This document shows positions 1-13,800 of a DNA stretch of 64,000 bases, piece after piece. A program made the translations under genes and the position numbers. Below the pieces are notes generated by a model. That model did no database searches, had not been told where the DNA came from, and saw only the letters and a list, made by a program, of their open reading frames with translations. The stretch lies in NCBI GenBank assembly GCA_951406725.2, contig OX597821.1:57536001-57600000 (forward strand), read 5' to 3'. Position 1 is the stretch's first letter. Each line of letters begins with the position of its first letter. The DNA is from Octopus vulgaris (lineage: Eukaryota).

Positions 1-754
1 GCTCCAAACAAGCAAATGAATTTCCATAAGAACAAAAGTGATGCTGCAATGTCTTATATGTATGTAGAATCAATTACTGACCAACAAATTGATCATTCTT
101 TTATCTGATGCTGACACACTTAGCTAACATACCAAGGCATATTAGGAATAGATACAAACGTTATGGTGTGTAAATTAAACATCGTTTGTATTCAGGTGAT
201 TTCAAGCTGTCTGCTGTAGATTATAAACTACTTGATACTATCTTACAGTGCACAGATTCAGTAGAGAAATAGGTGAGGAAATTCGGTTTGGAAAAATGTG
301 ACGAGGTCGCTTTGAAGAGAGAAAGGGAATAAGAAATAGTAATGTCACATCAGATAATGAAACGAAAACGAGAGAATTAAGCCAAAAATAGACGTTCAAA
401 GTATTTAGAATATAATGAGCAAAACAGTACAACACACTAATGGAATAGAAGGTGAAGAATGAATTTATAGTTGCGTTAAATTAAAACTAAAATAATAGCT
501 GGTAATTCCCTAGTTGCTTCAGTGTGAGGTTACACTTAATATTCTCAGAAAGGAGATTATTGGTTTAGCAAGATTAGTTAAGAAATCAAGCAAAATGACT
601 ATTTCAATATACTATGTTTTACTTGCATCAGTCATTAGACTGCGGCCGTAGGAAACTATTATAAAACAGTCGCTCCAGGACGACGATAGACGATAGCTTT
701 AAAGGAAAGAGCAAAGTCAAGCTAATACAGCTATATACAAATTCTGAACAAAAC

Positions 755-1198
755 ATTGTTTTCCGATTTTGGCACAAGGCCAGCAATGTCGGCATTGAGG
801 GTAAATAGATTACATCGATCCCGGTGCTAAACTGGTACTTATTTTAGCGACCCCGAAAGGATAAAAGGCAAAGTCGACTTCGGCAGCATTTGAACTCAGA
901 ACGCAAAGTCGGAAGAAATGCTGTTAAGCAGTTGTGATTCTGCCAGCTCGCCGTCTTAATCCTGAACGAAATATTGATTTCAAATTTTGGAACAAGGACT
1001 GCAATTTCAGGAAAGTAAGAAAGTTGATAACATCGACTCTAATACTCATCTGGTACTTATCTTATCGATCCTGAAAGTAATGAAGGACAAAGTCGACTTT
1101 GGAGAAATTTGAACTCAGAAAGCAGTGATGAACGAAGTGCTGCTAAGTATTCCCCCCACCCCGGAAAGCTAAGGATTCTGCCATTTTGCTGCTTTATT
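755..1198 (-). mobile_element. Two tandem diverged copies of tRNA-derived SINE family B (Meta-domain-like core)
   Basis: Reverse complement of GGCGAGCTGGCAGAA head, GAGTTCAAAT B-box and GCCTTTCATCCTTTCGGGGTCGATAAA..AGTACCAG core seen in the intact copies at 52274 and 58278. Confidence 0.8.
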
Positions 1199-1404
1199 CC
1201 TGAACAAAATATTATTAAAATACATTTTCCATCTTCACTGTCCCACGATAACTATAAAATAGAGACTCAGGTCATAAACAATAACAAAAAATTATTCAAA
1301 TGTAAGAATTAAATGAAAAACAAAAGCAAAGGCCATTCAATACCCGATGAGACTCAAGAAGCAAAACATAAAAGATAACTGCTATGTGTGCGGCGTTAGC
1401 GTGT

Positions 1405-1439
<35 letters not shown>

Positions 1440-1479
1440 TCTGAACAAAATCATATTGTTTTTGAATTGCTCATTCTTA

Positions 1480-2800
1480 GTTAAATATGACAGAACTGGG
1501 GTTTTATGAAGTAAAAACTATGAAGTTATATATTTAGAAAAGACACGGTATGAACAAACAGCACGACTTCTTTGAAAAAATATTTAAAGCAATATTATTT
1601 CAGGACATTCCAATTGACACAAACAATCGCTTTTGCATTCTTTTCAAAGACTACCCGTAATATATATCTTCTAATCGCTGTATCATTTTCAACAGACCTT
1701 GTCTGCATATTTATGAAAGAACTGGATAAGTTGTCCGAATAAAAAATATCTAGTATATGTGAACTGAAAATAGAAACGATCTCTATCACTAAAGGCGCAT
1801 TGGAGAAAAACAACAGGCATTAGATACTTACGCAACATACAAAAATAGTTCCGTTCTTTATATAAACAAACACATACGCAAAAATGAATTGTTGGATATC
1901 TAATAGATACACGGAGCAGTGGAAAGCTATGTAATAAAAACATACAGACAGGAATGTCTCAAACTGTTCTGTAGAAACAACCATTACTCTTCTGTTATTG
2001 TTATCCATAAATTTCTGCAGATATAATCACATGCAATATCACAGCATACCATTAGCCATGGCATCCAGAGGGATTGTTTTTTTATTAGGCATTAGCAGCA
2101 AATGGACCACGTAACCAGAGAAACCCTTCCTTCTTAGGAGAAACGAATGACCATGAGCTCCAAACCACTCGGGCGTTTCCTAGAAGGTGAGATGGTCAAA
2201 CGGTAGAACAGACAGATATGATATAGGGCTTAGCCGACTTTTCGAAAATATCATCCCCTTATCCATTTATCAGTGAGACTAGTAACACTAACCACATCTT
2301 CCTAGTTATTATTCATCTGGTATGGGATCGAATGAGACCACGAGTACCTTTATCAGACCATCAGTTCGACGGCAAAAGGCATTGTCCAGTATGGAATATG
2401 GACTTGCCCTTTCAACGTCGAATTGCCAGTCCATTGATTTGTCCCAGTTAATCATTATCCTTGTTATCTCATGCTGCTGCTCTACCAATATTGTGCAAAT
2501 GGCTTCGATTTCCGATGTCTCCGACACTATCATGGAGATGCCACTCACACATACAGACATAGATGACCTTTCTGTGTCCCATCTCAAGCGGAATGTCTTG
2601 TAACGCTTCCAGCTTGAACAGTAGTGGCTTGACTGCTGAAACATCCAAAGATATCCGAATGATATGGTTGCGTGAAACGACACGGTGCTTTTTATTTACC
2701 GTTTAATCCAACCACTCTCTACGTTACTTTAACTGAAATAGATGGAAAACGTTTATCTAAAAGTTCGTGTTAGGGTGCTTCCTGTGTTAACGGTTCCATA
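1480..2800 (-). pseudogene. Highly decayed Helitron PIF1-like helicase remnant
   Basis: Minus-strand translation gives ...YKTFRL...AICTILVEQQHEITRIMINWDKSM..., resembling helicase HSxFKL...CNI...LIIWDEAPM; many frameshifts. Confidence 0.4.
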
Positions 2801-2821
2801 ACAGAGCCTTCCAATTATATA

Positions 2822-2984
2822 GGCGCAGGAGTGATTGTGTGGTGAGTATCTTGCTTACCAACCACATGGTCCCCGGGTTCAGCCTTACTGCGTGGCACCT
2901 TGGACTAGTGTCCTCAACAATAACCTCGGGCCGAATAAATCCTTGTGAATAGATTTGGTTGACGGAAACTGAAAGTAGCCCGTC

Positions 2985-2986
<2 letters not shown>
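2822..2986 (+). mobile_element. SINE family A, 5' half
   Basis: GGCGCAGGAGTG..TGTGGT head, GGTTCAG B-box-like motif, GACGGAAACTGAAAG..CCCGTCGTATA matching full copies. Confidence 0.85.
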
Positions 2987-3021
<35 letters not shown>

Positions 3022-4019
3022 CAGAAAGACTGCCACCCGGGCGGTTTTCTGACTGCCTCTTGATAATATTTTCACATTCGATTCCCATTTCTAATGTTTA
3101 TATTTCTAATGTTTATTTCTTTGTATAATAGTGCTCACTTGCTTAGTAAATATTGCTTTCATTATTTCATCACAGTCATAATCTCTTTTTTTTTTAAACA
3201 TCACACTAGTCCAACAACAGAAGAAGAAACAGTTTGTCAAGTTTTACCTTCCCCTCAAAGCAACAGAGATTTTAATTCAGCAGCTCATTTGTGTGTGTGT
3301 GAGAGAGAGAGAGAGAGAACGTTACAAACAATGACTAAAATAAACATGAAATGAAAACACCGTGTAAACAAAAGGGCATTACTACAGATGTATACCCCCG
3401 ATTTTGTTGCTTCATAACATCCAGAAAAAGATAATTTTTAACAAAATTTTCAACAAATACCGTTTATATAGGGATTTATGGGAAATAATTTTTGCGATTG
3501 AGTGGAGAAAGGAGTTTCAGAAAATTCACACCGACTTTTTTCCCTCATAACTTTCAGGAAGATGGGTATCTTAATGAACATTTATACAAATCCCTTTCAA
3601 ACGGTATAGATTACGATTATAAAGAAATTTTTGGGGGAAATTCTTTAAACCACAGCCTTCGAAATAGGGTTGGGGGAATCTTTGTATAAAAAAAGTTTTG
3701 TAAACTTTTTACACCCACCTCCTTCATCGTCCCATTCCGGACCTATTTTGCCCAAGTTTTTTATATTGTTGCACTTCAAAACCATGGGAAGAGCATTTTC
3801 GGTAAAAAATAAAAGATTAATATTTTCAGAGGGCAATTTGGATGTTTCTAGCACCTCCAAAGACAGCCCGCCTCGTTCCTTTATCACTCTTGCACGTATT
3901 GATGTTTTCCAACAGTTTTTCCCTAGAAATAGATTTATATGCTATAAGAAAAAGAATATTTCAGAAAGCCTGAGAAGGTCATTGCTGGTATTTATCCACA
4001 GGGATTTTAAAAAAATTAC

Positions 4020-4240
4020 AGAGATGTACTTGCACAACAAATGACTTGATCGGAGACCGTGTGCAGAAACAAAAACAATTGCAGCGAGGAAGATATTTGT
4101 AAACCATTCAAGAATACACAAGTTTTACTACAACATTAAAACTTCATTTATATAAAAATATTTTCGTTGCCTTGAAACCGCGTCCTCTTCACTGACAAAA
4201 CTTCACAAAAGTGATGCAGCACGAAGTTTTGTCAGTGAAC
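4020..4240. mobile_element. Copy of the repeat family also at 25418-25579 (opposite orientation), ending in a 17-bp fold-back
   Basis: 4021-4122 aligns to the reverse complement of 25470-25579; TTCACTGACAAAACTTC / GAAGTTTTGTCAGTGAA inverted repeat. Confidence 0.7.
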
Positions 4241-4982
4241 AGCACACACACAAACACACATTCATTCATTGCCTTCCATTTGCGTGTATGCGTATCTATG
4301 TGTGTGCGCGAATGTGTATTGGGAGGGAGTGCAAATTTCGACCACTTGTCGGTAAATTTGTTTTTTTTATTTTCTCCTTGTCTTATAGTAATTACCCAAC
4401 TTTCTAGGCTCTTCTCTCAGCTATCCCGCGTTCAAAAATTATACGGGCATTTAAAAAAAATTCATTCAATAAATAATGTTTTTACATTACGTATACATTA
4501 ATATATTCCTTTACTACCCACAAGGGGCTAACACAGAGGGGACAAACAAGGACGGACAAACATTACGTATACATTAATAGCGAATTAAAACTTAAGAGAA
4601 AGTGAGAGACTTTGCAAATGAAAATGGAATACTTTGCAGTGAATATCTAAATTTGTGATGAATTGGACGCAGAGAATATTTAAATTCCCAAGATGTTGGT
4701 GTTAAAAAAAATTCAATGAACTCGAGAAATCGAAATTATAGGATATTTCTTAGGACATGAATATATAAAGATATTTCCAAACGGCCAACCCTTTAATAAT
4801 TGTATTCTTTTAATAGTATTAGTAATTGTTACATACCTAATCAATAAACAGCTTTCTCCATTATAGTATAGACATGTATATGTTTGAGTGCGGAGGCCCA
4901 ATGGCCCACGTAGTTGCACGTGGTCTATTGCCGAGAGCTATTGTATTGGATCTCTGTCTAATCTGGCGTGCTAAACCTGATT

Positions 4983-5219
4983 TTAATAATTAAGTTTTGC
5001 AGCATGCCTTAGTTCATCTTGGGAATGTCTTATCTCCCTTCCCTCTTGAGACTTCATTTGACATGATGCAGCATACCACTGCTGATCTTGAGAAAGTCTC
5101 GTCTCCCTTCTCTGTCGAAACTCTTGCCTTCGATTTTTTGCCATCATCCTCGCTTTATACGTGATTCTGGAGAGATTACGTCTTTCCTTTGGTGGCATAT
5201 TTTTCAATATTGTAACCAA
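4983..5219 (-). pseudogene. Helitron RepHel N-terminal fragment
   Basis: MPPKERRNLSRITYKARMMAKNRRQEFRQRRETRLSQDQ.. resembles the charged, repetitive N-terminus of invertebrate Helitron ORFs. Confidence 0.5.
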
Positions 5220-5774
5220 AAAATTATGAACATAGAAAAAATATACATTAATCTCTATTTTTGTAAGCAGTTGTATGTATATAGTATGTCTGTATTTTTG
5301 TATGCAGTGTAAATTAATGAAATATAAACAAATGAACGAAATAGAAGCACATGCATGGAGCTGCTAATTTAACGGTAAATGCCACCATAATTATTACAGA
5401 GAAACAAAGAATTTATATTTTACCTTGCAACTGCCGCGATATTTATTAACTGGTAATGGAACAGTAAATATGTATTGATTTGATGGAAATAAAATTTCGT
5501 ATTCCCCAGACAGCACTTCAATCGTCCACTGAGTGTATAACACACAGCAAGGAGAAAGAGACAAAAATAGTGAGTGTGTGTGTGGGGGGGGCTTGTTTAG
5601 TAACCTACGGTATATAATATGTATGTATTTTTGTATGCAGTGTAAATTAATCCCCCAAAATTACATGTTGACCCTCCTGGGGTTTCATAGTATTTGGTTG
5701 TGCCGCTTGAGAAAGCATTAGGAACAGACAGAGATGCAAAGGATTTTATATATATGTTTATATATATGTATATG

Positions 5775-5829
<55 letters not shown>

Positions 5830-5875
5830 GTGCGTGTGCGTGCGCGTGTGTATGCGTGTGTGTGTGTGTGGTGTT

Positions 5876-5906
<31 letters not shown>

Positions 5907-6354
5907 GTGTTATATACATCGTGCATAAATACGGACAGAAAGGTCGGGACAGAACTGAAAGTCTATAGGCAAATACATATCCACCTGTCACCCATTCAAG
6001 CATACATTCACACACACACATACACACACATTAATAACGCCCACACACATATTCATATATCCTCGCGTTTTTCAACTTCCCTACATACAACAGTGTCCCA
6101 CATTGCGATAGAAGTGCAACAGTTTGATAGCCATTAATCCATGTGTAAGAAAAACAAGGATTACTCTGGCCACTATCGAATCACAGTTCGGCTCACACGA
6201 TCATCTGGTCGACTGCACACTTCAGCTAACTGAGAACTGCTTGTTAACGACTAATAATGGACGCAATTAACAAAGCATCAACTGTACTACTCCGTCTGTT
6301 GCTAGTGTAATCCGTGCTTACCTCAAACTTGAATAAACATATACCCCCTATATA

Positions 6355-6448
<94 letters not shown>

Positions 6449-6589
6449 TATATAGTGATATATATATACATACATATATTCATACATATATATGTATATA
6501 TATATACATACACACACACACACGCATATATATATATATACATATTTATATACATATATATATACATATTTATATATATATATATATAC

Positions 6590-6662
<73 letters not shown>

Positions 6663-6669
6663 TATATAC

Positions 6670-6749
<80 letters not shown>

Positions 6750-6750
6750 T

Positions 6751-6960
6751 CAGGGTGTCCCAGAAGTCGCGCACCATTCTGGTTTTCATTAAAAATAATT
6801 CACGCAATTCATTATGTTTCTATAATTGATGCATTTTTCATTGCATAGGCTGCTCAAATAGAGCATTTGTTACGATTATTCTCAATAAAGTGGTTTTGAA
6901 ATTAATAAGGGTGTATTTTTTTTTAAATCCAGGGTGGTGCGCGACTTCTGGGACACCCTG
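6751..6960. mobile_element. Tc1/mariner-type MITE
   Basis: Perfect 26-bp TIRs CAGGGTGTCCCAGAAGTCGCGCACCA / TGGTGCGCGACTTCTGGGACACCCTG, TA on the right flank, no ORF. Confidence 0.85.
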
Positions 6961-7003
6961 TATATACATACATATATATATATATTCTCTTTCTCCCTCT
7001 CTT

Positions 7004-7201
7004 TTTCTTTTACTTGTTTCAGTCATTTGACTGTGGCCATGCTGGAGCACCGCCTTTAATCGAGCAACTGGACCCCGGGACTTATTCTTTTGTAAGCCCA
7101 GTACTTATTCTATCGGTCTCTTTTGCCGAACCGCTAAGTAACGGGGACATAAACACGCCAGCATCGGTTGTCAAGCAAACACAGACACACAAACATACAC
7201 A

Positions 7202-7241
<40 letters not shown>

Positions 7242-7398
7242 CATATATACGACGGGCTTCTTTCAGTTTCCGTCTACCAAATCCACTCACAAGGCTTTGG
7301 TCGGCCCGAGGCTATAGTAGAAGACACTTGCCCAAGGTGCCACGCAGTGGGACTGAACCCAGAACCATGTGGTTGGTAAACAAGCTACTTACCACACA
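7004..7398 (-). mobile_element. SINE family A, near full length
   Basis: Reverse complement of head, internal (TA)n/(TG)n and tail GGCGGTGCTCCAGCATGGCCACAGTCAAATGACTGAAACAAGTAAAAG. Confidence 0.9.
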
Positions 7399-7399
7399 A

Positions 7400-8620
7400 A
7401 CTGAAGTAGGATTTACAACCAAAACCCCTACCCTACATATCCACATACAACCCCCTTAACAATGAAACCTTCGGCACCATCCTCCAGAACATTTCTCTGC
7501 TAAAAAGGGACCACAGAATGAATCTAATCCTCCAAACGCACACCATCATAAACAGAAAAAGACAACCCAAATCAATTAAACGTCTCCTAACACACGCTCA
7601 AGTTCATTCGGTAACAGTATTGAAACCGACTGTAAAAAAATGTGGAAGACCTAACTGTGGTATATGCGTCAACCTAATTGAGGGATCAGAGTTCTCCTTC
7701 AAACAAGGTCAAAGTTTTACAGTGAAAAACAACTTCACAAGTGCTTCGGAAAACCTAATATATGTATTAACTTACTCAGGGTGTCGAAAGCAATACATAG
7801 GCCAAACCAAAAACAGTCCACGCCAGAGGATGACCTTACAATGATCTCAGGTTAAAATTCAAGAATACAGGAAAATAGCAATTGGCGAACACATCGACAT
7901 TTGTGTAACTAACGAACAATCCAACTTCACAATTTTTCCCCTCCATAAATTCGGGGACGATGCAACCTATAGTAAGCGCATTAGCAAAGAGTCATATTTT
8001 ATCACAAAATATAAACCCCTTTTGAATGCTTCACAACAGATGACACTACTACAAGGACCTTAGAATAATACCCACACAAATATTAAAAACGATATATTCA
8101 GAACAGTCACTAACCATGAATTTATTCAGAACAATTCCAATCACTACTGCTATAACCACAACAGGTCACTTTTAGGTCACTTAACCATTCAAGAAGACTC
8201 TACCAACAGTCTACTACTGTCATACTACTCCCGTCTTTTTCCTCTTCTTTCTTTTCTTTTCCTACTCCTTCTTCTTTGCCGTCTCCTTCCCCTAGAAATA
8301 CTGCTTAAACAATCAAAATCCAGAACCAACATCCCTCATATTAGATATTTTTTCAGATCTGCTACTACCTTCCTTCCGAGCTTTCACAAAAGTAAAAGAA
8401 AGAGAGAGAGAGCGACAGAAAAAAAGGAAAATGTTCCACGTATTTGAAGACTATGGCAATATTTTTAAAAACATTTCATTTAATGTTTCCTCAATTTAAT
8501 TGTTTTTCATGCTTTACTCTAAGTTGAAAAAGTCGGAAAGGCTGAAACCGGTACTAAAATGTTTTTCATGATAAAATTATTTTAGCATTTTCTACCTTGT
8601 CCTTTTTTCCTTATATCTTT
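7400..8620 (+). mobile_element. Decayed Penelope-like element 3' part (Neptune-type GIY-YIG endonuclease) with degenerate HHR in its 3' region
   Basis: ORF 7518-7844 CGRPNCGIC...NLIYVLTYSGCRKQYIGQTKNSPRQRMT (Cys linker plus GIY-YIG); downstream TTGAAGA...GAAACCGGTAC at about 8450-8555. Confidence 0.8.
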
Positions 8621-9538
8621 CTATCTATCCACACCTCCCTCTCTCTCTCACTCTCTCTCTATCTATCTGTCTAGCTATCTATATATTTATCTATATATGT
8701 TTCTCTCTTTCACCACACACACACACACACATATATGTAATCTATGTATGTGTGCTAGCATGCATGTGCTAATGGCTCTGTAATAAGTATGTACGTATGG
8801 CTGTGTGAGTAGGTAGGCGTGCAAGTATATGTTATTTTCAAATTACTGTATTTGTATGTCCATAAATCCAACCATTTGATTATACCATTCTTGCATGCTT
8901 TTTTTTGAGAGATTTCAAATTATGAATCTAAGATTGCATCATTCATATTATTGTAAAAGCGTTTCTCTAGTTATATTCGTTTTTATGTGGACATCCTTGT
9001 ACGTGCTTACCTAATTCCTTGTGTTGACAGATGCGCGTGTTTGTGTGTGTGTGAGCGAGAGAGAGAGAGCGAGAGAGAGGGAGAGAGAGAGAGAAAAGAA
9101 AGATATATGTAATTACAGAGAGAAAACTTGGTAATATTACCTAAATTTACCAAATCTTAGAATAACATTGCATTTGCTCATTTAGAAAAAAATGATTACA
9201 ATATATCTCTAAATTATATGCATATAAATACACATACACACATACACTATATGCATCATAATATTTTTTATATATATATATACATATATATATATGTATT
9301 GAATATATAATGATAGTATAAAATGCAAACCTAACATGTATTTTTATTGCATTTAATAATTTGTATTCTTTTGCAGTTCATTTTCCATAATAAACGATGC
9401 TCTGCGATTGTGTATGTCCAATCTTACAAACGTCATTGAAAAATGATGTCATCAAAGTTTTAATGCAAGTAGGTACATATGCAGTTCATACTGACTAAAA
9501 GCACATATATCGATATACTGACGTACGGTCAGACAGAT

Positions 9539-9579
<41 letters not shown>

Positions 9580-9607
9580 ATAAAAACATGTATATGCATA
9601 TATATAT

Positions 9608-9706
9608 AGTTAATCCAAACATGAAAACACAAAGAGAAAACAAAACAACGCGAGGAGGCTGAATAAGTATAGTATTATTGGACGCTCAGAAAAGGAAAGA
9701 AAGAAG

Positions 9707-9708
<2 letters not shown>
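9608..9708 (-). mobile_element. 3' fragment of the short HHR-bearing repeat family (full copy at 18588)
   Basis: GTTAATCCAAACATGAAAACACAAAGAGAAAAC..CGCGAGGA..GGACGCTCAG shared with 18588-18670; flanked by (TA)n. Confidence 0.75.
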
Positions 9709-9780
<72 letters not shown>

Positions 9781-9781
9781 G

Positions 9782-9839
<58 letters not shown>

Positions 9840-10116
9840 CACACATATATATATGTATATATATATACACACACACACACGCACGGGTTTTATCAATAAT
9901 CGGCAAAAGGTACACAGTTACTCCGCTCTTGACTTACCTTGTAACTTAGATGTGTATATAACTGGCATTTTTACCTTGTTATCAAGATGTTCAAAATATT
10001 TCATTCTTAGATGTATTCTCCTGGCGAAAACGGCTATTTTGCACGGTGTAACACTTCTGTTCATCGATAAAAACACTTCTGAAACAGCTGTACTAAACCA
10101 CAACCCTATTTTTATT

Positions 10117-10164
<48 letters not shown>

Positions 10165-10167
<3 letters not shown>

Positions 10168-10722
10168 TACCGGCAGAAATTAATTAGCACCCTTGATTTG
10201 CTCACCATGAAGCATGGTGGGGGTGGTCTGATGGTGTGAGGGGCGTTCAGCTACAGTGGTGTTGGGCGGCTCTATGCCGTCGAAGGGAACATAAACGCAG
10301 CAAAGTACGTTGAGATAGTACGGGATACCTCTTTGGTGGCGAGGAGTACGTGCTGACCAGTCACCTGACCTGAACCCTATTGAGAACCTCTGGAGTCGAT
10401 TCGGTAGGGATCTGAATGTGCAGCAATACAGGAACCGACACGAGCTGTTTGGGGCACTTCTTGCTGCATGAGGGGCCATCCCTGCACAGTACCTGCAGGC
10501 ACTCATAGACAGCATGCCGACCCGCGTAGCAGCTGTCATTGCTGCCAAAGGAGGAGGAACAAGATATTGACTAAATTTCACGATTAATAACAATTATGTG
10601 GTGTGCTGGGATATGTTTTAATAAATTTTTGATTAAAAACGAGTTCGTTTCTGATAATAAGTTAATTAAATTAAGAAAATGTAAGAAATTTGAGAAGTGC
10701 TAATTAATTTCCGACGCAAGTG
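10165..10722 (+). mobile_element. Internally deleted Tc1 transposon
   Basis: 26-bp imperfect TIRs CACT..GAAATTAATTAGCAC with TA flanks; transposase remnant KHGGGGLMV*GAFSYSGVGRL..EGNINAAKY..SPDLNPIENLW. Confidence 0.9.
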
Positions 10723-10760
10723 TATGTATATATATATAGATATACAGACATACATATATG

Positions 10761-10796
<36 letters not shown>

Positions 10797-10801
<5 letters not shown>

Positions 10802-11186
10802 TCAATATAGGGTGGCAAAAGAAATTTTGTAGAATTCTTTTGCCACCAGCGGCCTAGTGGGAAAAAATTTAAATAGTCATAAACCATTTTTAAGTTCAAC
10901 ATCACAATCAAGGAACGGCCATAATAGGCCATTCACCCACTAGAAATAACAGCCAAAAGCTTTAACCGCAAAATAACATCAATCCCGTAAACCAGGAGAA
11001 AATTAAAAAATTAAAAAATTAAAAAATTAAAAAATTAAAAAAATTAAAAAATTAGGGTAAATTACAGGGTAAATGTTTTTTAATTTTCTCCTGGTTTACG
11101 GGATTGATGTTATTTTGCGGTTAAAGCTTTTGGCTGTTATTTCTAGTGGGTGAATGGCCTATTATGGCCGTTCCTTGATTGTGATG
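10797..11186. mobile_element. Fold-back insertion in (TA)n with perfect 111-bp inverted arms
   Basis: 10900-11010 is the reverse complement of 11076-11186; spacer of (TTAAAAAA)n; extra 13-bp hairpin GGTGGCAAAAGAA/TTCTTTTGCCACC near 10810-10846. Confidence 0.85.
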
Positions 11187-11208
11187 ATATATATATATAT
11201 ATATATAC

Positions 11209-11275
<67 letters not shown>

Positions 11276-11330
11276 TGTGTATATATATATATGTACATAG
11301 ATACATACATATATACATACATACATACAT

Positions 11331-11380
<50 letters not shown>

Positions 11381-11439
11381 ATATATATTTACAAGATGCG
11401 CAAAAGTGCATGTACGTCGCTATATGTATATATAAATAT

Positions 11440-12280
11440 AAAAAATGGACCAAAAACGCAACAGAGGACAATAAAACATCCAGACAAGATGACGATACAA
11501 AGTTGGACAGGAAAAAAATACGGTCATTCGTGGCCTTCTTTCGTCAGTCGAATTTCCAGATCTCGCAGTTTCGGGCAGTTACACTTGAGACTTTTCAAAT
11601 CTGATTGCCCACAAAATGTCTAAGCTAAGAGCATTAGATTTTGTGTAAGAAAATACGCGAATGTGTACGACACCAAAGACATAGAACGGAGAACATTTTA
11701 CACAATTACAAGTACAAACAAGAATATAACAACAGGTGTCTTTCGACAAATGAGGACGAATGAAATTGAGCTGGCGTTTATAGAGTGAAAACCTTGAGAC
11801 AGGAAGATAGGAGATAGAATAAGAGATGTTGGCAGTCGGCAGTCAAGCCAAGAAAGAAAGATCATGGCTGGCCGAACACCGGTCACATGGAAGGAGGAAA
11901 GAGAGAAGGGGCAGAGGGATTGAAGGAACAGTGGAAGAACGGGAAAGAGAGAAAAAAGGGACAAAGAGAAAGGTACAAGGGAGATAAACGAGGAAATAAA
12001 TAAAGAGAGGGTCAAGAAATATGAGAGGAAGGGCGAATGCTCTTAGCATAGACGTTTTGGTGGTCAACCAGATTTGAACAATCTTGGGCAAGCAGATTTG
12101 AAGTGTAACAGCCCGAAACTGTAAGGACAATCTGGAAACTTGACTGATGAAAGGCCACGAATGACCCCGTCCTTTTTTTTTTCCTGTCCCTCTATTTGTT
12201 GTTTTTCCTGTCTGCCTTTGTATCGTCTATCTGTCCGAATGTTTTATTGTCTTCTATTAAGTTTTTGTTTCGCTTATTTA
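11440..12280. mobile_element. Old fold-back element with diverged inverted arms of about 200 bp
   Basis: 11440-11640 (GGTCATTCGTGGCCTT..TCGTCAGTC..CAGTTTCGGGCAGTTACAC) mirrors 12035-12280 (GTGTAACAGCCCGAAACTG..GACTGATGAAAGGCCACGAATGACC). Confidence 0.75.
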
Positions 12281-12542
12281 TATATATATATATATACTCC
12301 TACAAACATACACACATGCATATCTACAAATGGATGTACATACAAGGAACAGCTGGATATATATGCATGGGCACAAAAACATATACATTATTTTTTAAGG
12401 CTAAGACAATGCAAGTTATAAAAATTTATAATAGAAGTAGATGTTTATAATTTTACCTGGTATTTCAATATTTCAAGATTTGTATCCCTTCTGGTAATCG
12501 TTGAAGAAATGCTATTATTAGCTGACTTCGATGTTCTGTTGT

Positions 12543-12582
<40 letters not shown>

Positions 12583-12854
12583 TTCGGTCAAATGTAGAAT
12601 ACATAGACACATACGTACATAAATGTACAAATATATAAATATATACTTATAAGTAAATATTCTGTTGTGTCTGGGGTAAGTCATCCTCTTTTAGGCCTTA
12701 TTATTTAACACAATCACCGGTAAAATTTTCACCCGTTTACTTATTTATTTTTCCAAAATTTTTTCTGCGTCTTGCAACTTTTTCAATAGTTGTTGCCTCT
12801 GTCTGTTATTCAATCTGCGTTCGTTTTGTTTGTTTGAATAACGGACAGAGTAAG

Positions 12855-13068
12855 GCGGCAAGCTGGCAGACACGTTAGCACGCCGGGCGAAATTCTTAGC
12901 GGTATTTCGTCTGCCTTTACGTTCTGAGTTCAAATTCCGCCGAGGTCGACTTCGCCTTTCATCCTTTCGGGGTCGATAAATTAAGTACCAGTTGCGTAAT
13001 TGGGTCGATCTAATCGACTGGCCCCTCCCCCAAAATTTCGGGCATTGTGCCTAGAGTAGAAAAGAATA
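12855..13068 (+). mobile_element. SINE family B, tail type 1
   Basis: GGCAAGCTGGCAGA head, GAGTTCAAATTCC B-box, Meta-like core, tail GGCCCCTCCCCCAAAATTTCGGG..GTGCCTAGAGTAGAAAAG. Confidence 0.9.
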
Positions 13069-13132
13069 TCGGACAGTCAACAACTATTGAAAAGGTTGCA
13101 AGGTGTGGCAAAAAGTTTAGAAAGATATATAA

Positions 13133-13290
13133 GGCGTAGGAGTAGCTGTGTGGTAAGTAGCTTGTTTACGAACCACAGGGTTCCGGGTTCAGTCCCACTG
13201 CGTGGCACCTTGGGCAAGTGTCTTCTACTATAGCATTGTGAGTAGATTTGGTAGACGGAAACTGAAAGAGGTCCGTCGTATATATGTATG

Positions 13291-13387
<97 letters not shown>

Positions 13388-13617
13388 ATGTTTGTGCGTT
13401 TGTGTTTGTCCCCCAACATCGCTTGACAACTGATGCTGGTGTGTTTACGTCACCGTAACTTAGCGGTTCGGCAAAAGAGACCGATAGAATAAGTACTAGG
13501 GTTACAAACAATAAGTCCTGGGGTAAATTTGCTCGACTAATAGCGGTGCTCCAGGACTAAAGGCGGTGCTCCAGCATGACCACAGTGAAATGACTGAAAC
13601 AAGTAAAAGAGTAAAAG
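13133..13617 (+). mobile_element. SINE family A, full length
   Basis: Head GGCGTAGGAGTAGCTGTGTGGTAAG through tail TGACTGAAACAAGTAAAAGAGTAAAAG. Confidence 0.9.
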
Positions 13618-13760
13618 GGTAAGGAAATGTTACCGGTGAGTGTCTTAAATTATTAGGCACTAAAAGAAAATGACTCTCTCCTGACAACAGAATATGCTTC
13701 AACACACGAGCTCACATGAAGAATCTTGCAAACCAAACCCCAAAATGATATAAATAAAAA

Positions 13761-13800
<40 letters not shown>

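Larger units (their letters stand above)
12657..13725. mobile_element. Old fold-back element interrupted by two nested SINEs
   Basis: 12657-12795 mirrors 13078-13130 plus 13618-13695; same family at 43660-43850 and 16120-16165. Confidence 0.7.

Noticed and set aside
11052-11070. Telomeric TTAGGG seed in the fold-back spacer
   Set aside because: Only one exact unit, so chance cannot be excluded
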